Assembly: GCA_002404865.1 (NCBI GenBank)
Contig: DHKP01000007.1
Span: 9,791-73,790 of the forward strand
Length of the DNA stretch: 64,000 bases
Origin: Bacillales bacterium UBA4691
GTDB taxonomy: Bacteria > Bacillota_I > Bacilli_A > RFN20 > CAG-826
Direction: 5' to 3'
Of this stretch, positions 56,664 through 64,000 are shown piece by piece (positions within the stretch are counted from its first letter, which is position 1; each line of letters starts with the position of its first letter). The notes beneath the pieces are model-generated. The model did no database searches. It saw only the letters and a program-made list of their open reading frames with translations, and was not told the origin of the DNA. The position numbers and the translations under genes are program-made.

Positions 56664-57653
56664 ATGCCATCACCCATTTTATCCATTATCATACCTGTTT
56701 ATAATAGCGAGCGTTACTTAAAGGAATGCCTCTCTAGCGTTATAAATCAAAAAACGAACTACCCTTACGAAGTTGTTATTAGCGTCGACCCTTCTTCTGA
56801 TCAAAGCGAACAAATTGTCCGTTCCTATCTAGAGAAAGACCATCGTATTGTTCCTCTATTTGAAAAAGAGCGATTGGGGCAAGCAAAATCAAGAATGCAC
56901 GCCATTTCTTCTTCAAAAGGAAAATACATCACCTTTCTTGATGCGGATGATTTTTTATCGCCTAATGCCATTGATACGGCTGTTTCGACAATGGAAAAAG
57001 AAAACGTGGATATCGCAAATTTTTCTTTTTCTATCGTAAATGAAAAAGAAAAAATTACTCCTTACCCTTTTCGAACGAAAAAGAATAGGAAAGAAGGCGG
57101 AATCGATGGGCTGTCTCTCTTTTTCTTAGATGTGGAAATGCGGGGATTTTTATGGACAAAAGTCTTTAAGCGAGAATTGTTTTTATCACCACTCCTTTCT
57201 TTTTACGATTATCATGATATGTTTGAAGATGTGGCATTAACGTTCTCTTTATTAACGCACGCCTCAAGCATTTATATGTCCAAAGACTCCTATTATTATT
57301 ACCGAAAAGGCGTTGAAGAAAGCGCGACTTCCCAAAAACGAACTGACCGCACCTTACGCCATCTTGCGGTTTTTGCTTCAATGAAAAAATACCTAGAATA
57401 CATGGAAAGGGAAGATTTGCTTTATGTCTTTTCTTCCAAATTATGGAGGGCAAAATTATCATTTCTATTCGATGCAAGTCTTGATAAAAAATGGGGCAAC
57501 CCAAATGCGAAAGCAATGCTAAAAGAAGAATTCTCCATTTTAAAAAAACAAGGTCCCCTTTCTTTAAAAGGAAGACCATATGAAGACATAGTAAAGCGCG
57601 CATTGCCTCCGCTTAATGCTTTTTCATCAAAAGAGAAGAATACGCTTCTTTAA
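56664..57653 (+). CDS. GT2 family glycosyltransferase
   Basis: ILSIIIPVYNSERYL...DADD motifs. Confidence 0.75.
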   Translation: MPSPILSIIIPVYNSERYLKECLSSVINQKTNYPYEVVISVDPSSDQSEQIVRSYLEKDHRIVPLFEKERLGQAKSRMHAISSSKGKYITFLDADDFLSPNAIDTAVSTMEKENVDIANFSFSIVNEKEKITPYPFRTKKNRKEGGIDGLSLFFLDVEMRGFLWTKVFKRELFLSPLLSFYDYHDMFEDVALTFSLLTHASSIYMSKDSYYYYRKGVEESATSQKRTDRTLRHLAVFASMKKYLEYMEREDLLYVFSSKLWRAKLSFLFDASLDKKWGNPNAKAMLKEEFSILKKQGPLSLKGRPYEDIVKRALPPLNAFSSKEKNTLL

Positions 57654-58623
57654 GACGTTCCCCAATATCATTTAGGTTTCGGGCTTGCGCTACTTCGTAG
57701 CCTGCGCCTAATATCGAAGGGCTGTCGCCTTTTTCAAGTAGATAAGACAATTTTTTCACAAAATCAGATGTATCTTTTGCCTTATGGCAATTCACTCCGT
57801 CAATGAGCCAAGGGTCATAAACGGGGATATCGCGAATGAGCAAAGGCGTTCCGCTCGCTAATGCCTCTAAAGTCACTATCCCTTCGGTTTCTTCTCTAGA
57901 AGGGAATAACATCGCGCTCGCTAATCGATAGGAAGCATGAATCAACGCCCCTTCAATATAGCCAGGCAAAACAACATTTGGCGGTTTTTTAGAAAGGACG
58001 CGATGGATCTTCAAAGATTGGGCAATCCAAGGAAGGTGCCCAAACCAAATGAATTTGATATTAGGGAAATACCTAGCGACTTCAAAAAAAGTGTCGATCC
58101 CTTTTCGAATGAAAGGAAATCCCACCCCCATGACAAACTTTTCGTTGTCTTTGAGATTAAATTTCTCTTTGAAACGTTTTTCCATAGTTGGATCAGCTTC
58201 ATAATCTTTAACATTAATCCCATTAGAAATGGCGATGACTTTCGTTCCTAAGCCATAAGATTCGATACATCGTTTAGAGTATTCGGTAGGAGTAATAACC
58301 AAATCGGCAGCGCCATACATTTTGTCAATCTGATGGTCAACATATGGTTCAAGAAACCGCCAAAGACAAAAGGAATCTCGCCAATCTTCATGGGTGCTAT
58401 GTCCATGCACAATCACGGGAACGCCTTTTTTTCTCGCTTCTAGCAGTACGCGTTCGCTTTTTTTCCACAGCGTATTGATATGGGCGATATCGTAATTATC
58501 TTTTGGATTATAAGTAAAATCGACGCCAACGCGCCGCAAAGCCTCGCTTTGGTGCTTTTGAGCGCGCCCAATACCACTTGTGCCGATTTTTTCATAGTCC
58601 TGATAATAAAGGAGGACTTTCAT
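57613..58623 (-). CDS. GT4 (GT-B) glycosyltransferase, possibly a glycolipid synthase
   Basis: EETEGIVTLEALASGTPLL C-terminal GT4 motif. Convergent with the GT2 gene and overlapping it by 41 nt. Confidence 0.75.
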   Translation of the reverse strand: MKVLLYYQDYEKIGTSGIGRAQKHQSEALRRVGVDFTYNPKDNYDIAHINTLWKKSERVLLEARKKGVPVIVHGHSTHEDWRDSFCLWRFLEPYVDHQIDKMYGAADLVITPTEYSKRCIESYGLGTKVIAISNGINVKDYEADPTMEKRFKEKFNLKDNEKFVMGVGFPFIRKGIDTFFEVARYFPNIKFIWFGHLPWIAQSLKIHRVLSKKPPNVVLPGYIEGALIHASYRLASAMLFPSREETEGIVTLEALASGTPLLIRDIPVYDPWLIDGVNCHKAKDTSDFVKKLSYLLEKGDSPSILGAGYEVAQARNLNDIGERLKEAYSSLLMKKH

Positions 58624-58625
58624 GC

Positions 58626-59270
58626 TTATTTCTCTTCCATGATTTCAACGCTATGGCTACAGCCAATTCGATTCGCACCTGCTTGAATTAAAGCCAAAGC
58701 GTCTTTTTTGGTGTGAATTCCGCCGGCTGCTTTAACGCCAATGTGAGGCCCAACCGCTTCTCGCATTAATTTGACGTCTTCTACAGTCGCCCCACCTTTT
58801 CCAAAGCCAGTCGAGGTTTTTACGAAATCCGCACCGCCTCTAGCTGCAGCCTTTGCACTTTCTACAATTTCTTCCTTAGTTAAATAACAGTTCTCTAAAA
58901 TAACCTTTAATGTCTTATCACCAACCGCTTCTTTAACCATTTTTACTTCTTTTTCGTTAAAATCGTAATCGTGCTCTTTGGCCATCGAAATGTTTTGGAC
59001 CATATCGACTTCATCGGCCCCGTCTTCTATAGCCCTTCTAGCTTCATAAGCAATCGCTTGAGGGTTACTAGCGCCCAAAGGGAAGCCAACAACCGTGCAA
59101 ACCTTTACATGAGACCCTATTAAAAGCTTTTTAGCTACTTTCACATAGAAAGGATTGACGCAAACGCTCATAAAATCATATTTTTTAGCCTCAAGACAAA
59201 GTCTGGTGATGTCTGCGAATGAGGCATAGGCATTTAAATTCGTGTGATCGAAAAATTTATTAAGTTCCAT
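58626..59270 (-). CDS. deoC: deoxyribose-phosphate aldolase
   Basis: DeoC TIM barrel with Schiff-base Lys (FVKTSTGF). Start taken at the MELNKFFDHT Met, which has RBS GGGAG. The longer track ORF would overlap rpmF. Confidence 0.85.
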   Translation of the reverse strand: MELNKFFDHTNLNAYASFADITRLCLEAKKYDFMSVCVNPFYVKVAKKLLIGSHVKVCTVVGFPLGASNPQAIAYEARRAIEDGADEVDMVQNISMAKEHDYDFNEKEVKMVKEAVGDKTLKVILENCYLTKEEIVESAKAAARGGADFVKTSTGFGKGGATVEDVKLMREAVGPHIGVKAAGGIHTKKDALALIQAGANRIGCSHSVEIMEEK

Positions 59271-59349
59271 AAATTCACTCCCGAAATGATTGTACATGAT
59301 TGCTAGTTCGTATTCACGAAAAAGAAAAGCGGACCATCGTCCGCTAAGC

Positions 59350-59547
59350 TTATTTCGTTCTTTCGCTTGCTTCTTTATGATGAACGATTTCTTTGCCCTT
59401 ATAATACCCGCATTCTGGGCAAACAGTGTGGCTGTCGATGAGCGCGCCACAATGGGAGCAAACAGTCTTACCGGTAATCTCTAGTTTGAAATGTCCTCTT
59501 CTTAATCTTTTTCTCGTTTTCGAAGTTCTTCTTTGTGGTACTGCCAT
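59350..59547 (-). CDS. rpmF: ribosomal protein L32
   Basis: [17 protein letters not shown] signature plus CxxC...CxxC. Confidence 0.9.
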   Translation of the reverse strand: MAVPQRRTSKTRKRLRRGHFKLEITGKTVCSHCGALIDSHTVCPECGYYKGKEIVHHKEASERTK

Positions 59548-59577
59548 TTTAATGTTCCTCTTTTTTAATTCGGGGAA

Positions 59578-59605
59578 ATTATAGACTCTTCAAAAATGAA
59601 ATCAA
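59578..59605 (-). promoter_or_regulatory. putative sigma-A promoter of rpmF
   Basis: On the minus strand, TTGATT (59600-59605), a 16-nt spacer, then TATAAT (59578-59583), about 30 nt upstream of the rpmF start. Confidence 0.35.
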
Positions 59606-59680
59606 TATTTATTTAGACAATGTCAAAATAAAAACTATTTTTATTCGATTGCTATCTGCTGATTTTTGGATTTTCGGATT

Positions 59681-60964
59681 TTAATCAACGAGATTTTCTT
59701 TCTCGATTTTTACTTTCAAAATTTCTCCGTGCAGCGACCGGGAACAAGGAATTTTAATATGCAGATAATTACTCGTATGCCCAAAAGCGAACCCATCTTT
59801 ATATTCTTCAAAAAGCACTTCCATTTCTTGCGAAAGGAAACGCCTCTCATAATTCTCTTTCAGTTCTTTGGCTAGGGAAAGAAGCTCATGAACCCGCTTT
59901 TCTTTAATCAACGGCTCGATTTGCTTATCCATCGAGGCGGCTAGAGTCCCTTTTCTAGGGCTAAACGGGAAAACATGGATTTGTGAGAAATTAGCTTTCT
60001 TGACAAAAGCGATTGTCTCTTGCCATTCTTCATCGCTTTCATTAGGGAAACCAACGATGATATCCGTTGTGATTGCAATATCCGGGCGAGCCTCTCTCAC
60101 CCTAGAAATCGTATTTAAGAAAGCCTTCGTATCATAAGGACGGTGCATTCTTTCTAAGACGGCAGAACTTCCACTTTGAAGCGGGATGTGAATGTGATTT
60201 GCAATAGAAGGGTATTGGTAAAGCAAAACAATGAAATCGTCATCAATTTCTTTGCTCTCTAAACTTCCAAGGCGAAGACGATATAAAGAAGGAGAAGCAA
60301 TTAAAATATCTTTGATTAAATTTGAGAGGGAATAATGTTCATTTGGAAAATCTAGACCATATTTACCGATATGAATTCCTGTCAATACGATTTCTTTATA
60401 GCCTTGGAGCACGAGATTCTTTGTTTCTAATAATATGCTTTCTTTGTTACGGCTGCGACTATTCCCCCTTAATAAAGGAATGAGGCAATAGGAGCAAAAA
60501 TTGTCACATCCGTCTTGAATCTTTAAATATGCCCTTGCTTGATTAGAAAGAGCAATTTGCCCCATCTCTTCGTATTTTTCGTGACGAACGCTTTTCTTGA
60601 TGTCGATAATCGGCGCTTTTTTGTCATTATTCTTTAATGCGATCGCATAAGGGATAATTTCATTTCTTTTGCTCGTCCCTACGATAATATCGGCGCCCAT
60701 TTCGGCAACTTCTTCCGCGTGAATCTCACTATAGCATCCCATAATCGCTAGAATGGCGTTCGGGCATAAACGTCGGAATTTGCGAATGTGCTGCCGTGAC
60801 TTTTGATCAGCGACATGGGTAACCCCGCACGTATTAATCACAATAATATCCGCATTGGAACAAGAAAAAGTTTCGGTAAAACCGTTTTTTAAAAATTGCT
60901 CGCGCAAGGCATTGGTTTCATATCCGTTAACTTTACAGCCCAAAGAAAAAAGAAAGAAATTCAT
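59681..60964 (-). CDS. mtaB: radical-SAM tRNA methylthiotransferase MtaB (YqeV)
   Basis: MiaB-family N-terminus LGCKVN, CxxxCxxC radical SAM. Start at the MNFF Met with RBS GGAGGGGAG. ATGA overlap with the upstream gene. Confidence 0.85.
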   Translation of the reverse strand: MNFFLFSLGCKVNGYETNALREQFLKNGFTETFSCSNADIIVINTCGVTHVADQKSRQHIRKFRRLCPNAILAIMGCYSEIHAEEVAEMGADIIVGTSKRNEIIPYAIALKNNDKKAPIIDIKKSVRHEKYEEMGQIALSNQARAYLKIQDGCDNFCSYCLIPLLRGNSRSRNKESILLETKNLVLQGYKEIVLTGIHIGKYGLDFPNEHYSLSNLIKDILIASPSLYRLRLGSLESKEIDDDFIVLLYQYPSIANHIHIPLQSGSSAVLERMHRPYDTKAFLNTISRVREARPDIAITTDIIVGFPNESDEEWQETIAFVKKANFSQIHVFPFSPRKGTLAASMDKQIEPLIKEKRVHELLSLAKELKENYERRFLSQEMEVLFEEYKDGFAFGHTSNYLHIKIPCSRSLHGEILKVKIEKENLVD

Positions 60965-61728
60965 CGGCTCCCCTCCTTTTTGCAATATTCTGAAATAAAG
61001 CGAAGAGAAACAAAGCCATTTTCGAGCAAAGCGGTAATGAGACCTTCTTTGTCGCGATTAAAATAGGCGTCTGAAACATTTAATAAGCGCGTAATCATAT
61101 GCGTTTTGTTCACTTTTTCTAAATATTTATCAAATAAGGCGAGTTTAGCATCGAGCCGCCCCTGGTCATTGATAAAATAAAGAGCATCCGCATCGTAATC
61201 AAAGCAAGTGATAACATTCCCTTGCTCGGAAATTTTGACTAGTTTCGTAAAATAAGAGTCATAAAGAGCGTTTCCATAATAATCAAATGCGTCAATCAGA
61301 AGCGGCTCGAATGTCGAGAACAAATTTTCATAAGGCTCTTTGCCAAGTTTTGTGAAATCGCGACTATAAATGCGATTTAATGTCGAAGAAAAAGAAGGGA
61401 TATAAATCTTTTCGTTTTGGTAGTGTAAATAAGGAAGATCGCTCATCCCTAATGCCATAAATTCTTCTAAACTCAAAGAAGAATCGTTTTTCTTTTTCCT
61501 ATTTTTTTCGTGATAGAGTTTCTCGATCATTTTTTTATTTAGTAAGCCACGGATTAAGATATTTGCCCGCACAATTTGAAATGGATCGCTCGCTTTTAAG
61601 AATTTGTTCATGCTTTCAAACGGAGCTAATACAACGCGATTGGAAAGAAAAAAAGTCATTTCATCACTTTTGACGAAACGATTTTGTGCTTGTTTTGCGG
61701 CTAAGAAATCATAAAAAGAAACGCTCAT
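60961..61728 (-). CDS. uncharacterised 255-aa soluble protein inserted between rsmE and mtaB
   Basis: Intact ORF with ATGA start/stop overlaps on both neighbours. No recognisable motif and no TM. Confidence 0.5.
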   Translation of the reverse strand: MSVSFYDFLAAKQAQNRFVKSDEMTFFLSNRVVLAPFESMNKFLKASDPFQIVRANILIRGLLNKKMIEKLYHEKNRKKKNDSSLSLEEFMALGMSDLPYLHYQNEKIYIPSFSSTLNRIYSRDFTKLGKEPYENLFSTFEPLLIDAFDYYGNALYDSYFTKLVKISEQGNVITCFDYDADALYFINDQGRLDAKLALFDKYLEKVNKTHMITRLLNVSDAYFNRDKEGLITALLENGFVSLRFISEYCKKEGSR

Positions 61729-62447
61729 AATTCATCTCCATAAGCACTTAATAAGCCACTTACCATTATGCTTGCGGTTTCCGCACGAAGGATTCTCCGT
61801 CCTAAAGAAATTGGCTTAAAGCCACTATTAATAGCCTCTTTTACTTCTTTTTCGCTAAATCCGCCTTCTGGTCCAACCAAGATAAAAATAGATTCGCCCT
61901 TTTTAAATGTCGGTAATTCCTTCCATAAAGAATCGCTACTCCCCGCTTCTCCTTCGTAGGCAATATAGCGATGATCAGCGGGCACATCGAAAAGCGAAGC
62001 GAAAGAAACGATAGGATGAACGCTGACCATATTGATGCGCTTGCTTTGCTCACACGCCCCGAAAGCGATTTTATTAAAACGTTCCAAGCGTTTTTGCTTT
62101 TCTTTCTCATCTTTTAGTAAAACAATCGTGCGCTCGCTATAAAAAGGGAAGAATTCTTTAACGCCAAGTTCCGTCCCTTTTTGGATCACAAGTTCATCGT
62201 GACCACCTTTCAATAAAGAAAACCCCAAGCAAATATCAATGAGAGTCTCACGATTTTCATCGACTTCTCCTAACAAATCAACCTCAAAAGGGTCAAGTGA
62301 GCGAATCGAAGCCCGATAAAGTTTCCCGTTAATAACGACCTCTATCTTTTCTCCGATTCTAGCCCTTAAAACATAACGGAGATGACGAAAAGAAGCATCG
62401 CTTAAAAACGGCTTTCCATCCTTCCATTCGGCAAAAAAGCGATTCAT
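61725..62447 (-). CDS. rsmE: 16S rRNA (uracil1498-N3)-methyltransferase RsmE
   Basis: PUA-like N-terminus plus SPOUT C-terminus (LVGPEGGFSEKE). Confidence 0.85.
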   Translation of the reverse strand: MNRFFAEWKDGKPFLSDASFRHLRYVLRARIGEKIEVVINGKLYRASIRSLDPFEVDLLGEVDENRETLIDICLGFSLLKGGHDELVIQKGTELGVKEFFPFYSERTIVLLKDEKEKQKRLERFNKIAFGACEQSKRINMVSVHPIVSFASLFDVPADHRYIAYEGEAGSSDSLWKELPTFKKGESIFILVGPEGGFSEKEVKEAINSGFKPISLGRRILRAETASIMVSGLLSAYGDEL

Positions 62448-62881
62448 CAGCGGAGAAACTCCCCATTACAATCTTTTAACGTATCGTTTTTGCTTAAGAA
62501 AATCGCATCGAGCACATAAATGAACAATAAGCAAAAGAAAGGAATCAAAAACGCGAGGGCGTTATTTAAACAAGTATAGTAAAGAAGAAATCCAACCCCC
62601 ACAATTAGAATGATAGAAACCGTTAAAATAAGGACAGCTTTCTTATAATTCCCAAGATAAAAATAAGGAGCCCCGAACATTCCAAGCGTTGCCATTAAAA
62701 TGACGGCTTTCTTTTTGGATTTGCTTTTATAAAGCTCATATTCCCCTTTAATCGGATCGACGAACTGGGTGATATCTTTAGTTTTATAATTCTCTTCAAT
62801 CGGATTTTTTTCTCCGCAATAAGGACATATATCGGCGTCAAAGGAAGAAATATTTCGGTGACAATACTTACATTTTGGCAT
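62447..62881 (-). CDS. zinc-ribbon / TM2-domain membrane protein
   Basis: N-terminal CKYCHRN...CPYCGEK zinc ribbon. TM2-like helices YFYLGNYKKA. Overlaps the rsmE start. Confidence 0.5.
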   Translation of the reverse strand: MPKCKYCHRNISSFDADICPYCGEKNPIEENYKTKDITQFVDPIKGEYELYKSKSKKKAVILMATLGMFGAPYFYLGNYKKAVLILTVSIILIVGVGFLLYYTCLNNALAFLIPFFCLLFIYVLDAIFLSKNDTLKDCNGEFLR

Positions 62882-63032
62882 ACCTAAATAGTATAGCCGA
62901 CTCTCCTCTTATTGAGAAAAGAAAAACGAAAAAATAATATGGAGTGAAATAATATCCTTCGCGAAAGCATTTTCCACTCTGCAATTATCTAGAAAAAGGA
63001 AGAAAACCGATTTTAAATAAAAGAGGATCGCA

Positions 63033-63755
63033 CTAAAAAAGAGAAATGACTTCTTTTAGATCTTTAACCACGTAATCGACGGGAATATCAATCTTCGAAA
63101 TTCCTTTTTTATTATAAAAGCAAGTTTTCAGTCGATAATTAATCCCACCTTGCATATCGCTCGATAAAGAATCCCCGATGATACAGCTTTCCTTTGGCAA
63201 TAGCATATTTTCTCGACTTAAATTTATCTCTTCGAAGGCCTTCTTAAAGAAAGAACCAGATGGTTTAGAATATCCAACTTTTTCAGAAATAAAAAAATAA
63301 GAAAAATAATGATCCATTTTGGCTAAAGAAAGACGATGCATTTGCTGTTGATACGGGCCATTGCTAGCGGCTGCCAAAAGATATTTTTTGCTTAAATAAG
63401 CTAACATTTCCCTCGCATGTTTTTCTTCAATCGCACTTTCATTTAATTGGCTTCGATAATAAGTTTCAAACTCTTCTCCGGAAAAAGAGATACCTAGCGC
63501 ATCAAAAAATCGTTGAAACCGAATCTTTTTTAACGCATCAAAACTCAGTTCTCCCTTTTCTAATTTTTCCCATAAAATGTCATTTTCTTTATGAAAAACA
63601 TCAATCATTTTCTTATCGAATAGAGGTAATGAAAAATGCTTAAAACCATTTGCCAAAGCCTGTTCGGTAAAAGCGTCAAAGTCAAGCAAAGTATTATCGA
63701 TATCGATAAAAAACAGCTTCATGAGTGGGATTATATCATTAATGGCTGAAATCAA
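63033..63755 (-). CDS. HAD-superfamily hydrolase (subfamily IA, nucleotidase-like)
   Basis: FFIDIDNTLLDF motif I, C-terminal GDSLSSD motif. Confidence 0.75.
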   Translation of the reverse strand: MISAINDIIPLMKLFFIDIDNTLLDFDAFTEQALANGFKHFSLPLFDKKMIDVFHKENDILWEKLEKGELSFDALKKIRFQRFFDALGISFSGEEFETYYRSQLNESAIEEKHAREMLAYLSKKYLLAAASNGPYQQQMHRLSLAKMDHYFSYFFISEKVGYSKPSGSFFKKAFEEINLSRENMLLPKESCIIGDSLSSDMQGGINYRLKTCFYNKKGISKIDIPVDYVVKDLKEVISLF

Positions 63756-63800
63756 AAGAAAAAGACCGCCCTTAGATTTCTCTAAAGGCAGCCAAGTTCT

Positions 63801-64000
63801 TTAAGATTTCTTGAATGGATTCCACTTGAACCCTTTTTTCTTGCTATTTTCCTCCGCCTGGAATTGTTTCAAAAGCTCTTTTTGGGTGTCGGTTAAATCC
63901 TTCGGTGTCCTCACTTTGATATGGAGATATTGGTCACCGGGCTTACCTGTTCTTAAATCTTTAATGCCGCGAGCGCGAAGTTTCAGAATATCATCAGGTT
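63801..64000 (-). CDS. dnaJ: chaperone DnaJ, 3' terminal fragment; the gene continues beyond the window
   Basis: Manual minus-strand translation gives ...GKPGDQYLHIKVRTPKDLTDTQKELLKQFQAEENSKKKGFKWNPFKKS*, matching the DnaJ C-terminus. Confidence 0.7.
   Translation of the reverse strand, partial: PDDILKLRARGIKDLRTGKPGDQYLHIKVRTPKDLTDTQKELLKQFQAEENSKKKGFKWNPFKKS

Noticed and set aside
1-64000. CRISPR arrays, IS elements, phage genes, toxin-antitoxin pairs and rRNA/tRNA genes.
   Set aside because: No direct-repeat/spacer periodicity, transposase or integrase (other than the housekeeping XerD), or tRNA cloverleaf was seen anywhere in the window.

Overview
This 64 kb window is a gene-dense, low-GC Firmicutes (Bacilli-type) core-genome segment with UGA used as a stop codon. 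It contains about 65 genes, almost all housekeeping. Gene order tracks Bacillus subtilis closely but with many blocks deleted:
- valS (with a T-box leader), radC, rplU-prp-rpmA, obg, ruvAB, secDF-like, recJ, relA, hisS, aspS
- tkt, asp23, nusB, xseAB, dxs, dinB, xerD, deoB
- on the minus strand: yqeG-yqeH-yhbY-nadD/yqeK-rsfS, parE-parC, efp-yneF, rpmG, nfo-cshB, trmK, two tandem sigma-70 genes, dnaG, glyQS, recO, era, cdd, ybeY, rpsU, rpmF, deoC, mtaB, rsmE, and a dnaJ 3' fragment.
- ispG, ispH and plsY lie on the plus strand between these minus-strand blocks.
The deleted blocks include mreBCD-minCD, queA-tgt-yajC, apt, dtd, folD, ispA, aroD and prmA, which suggests a reduced-genome lineage.
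I found no CRISPR array, tRNA or rRNA gene, transposase or phage gene. The features that stand out against this housekeeping background are:
- a 1.6 kb ORF-free, strand-asymmetric A-rich island between deoB and the rsfS operon, which carries orphan RBS+ATG stubs, perfect inverted repeats and copies of a 25-nt motif that also sits just upstream of dxs;
- a tandem duplicated and diverged rpoD paralog;
- an orphan C39-peptidase plus ABC-type membrane-domain protein with no ATPase, placed in the ybeY-cdd-era operon;
- a NadD-like domain that has lost its HxGH motif, fused to YqeK;
- an unrecognisable 255-aa gene translationally coupled between rsmE and mtaB;
- a Cys/His-rich C-terminal tail on HisRS;
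- an EF-P whose tip loop lacks the conserved lysine.
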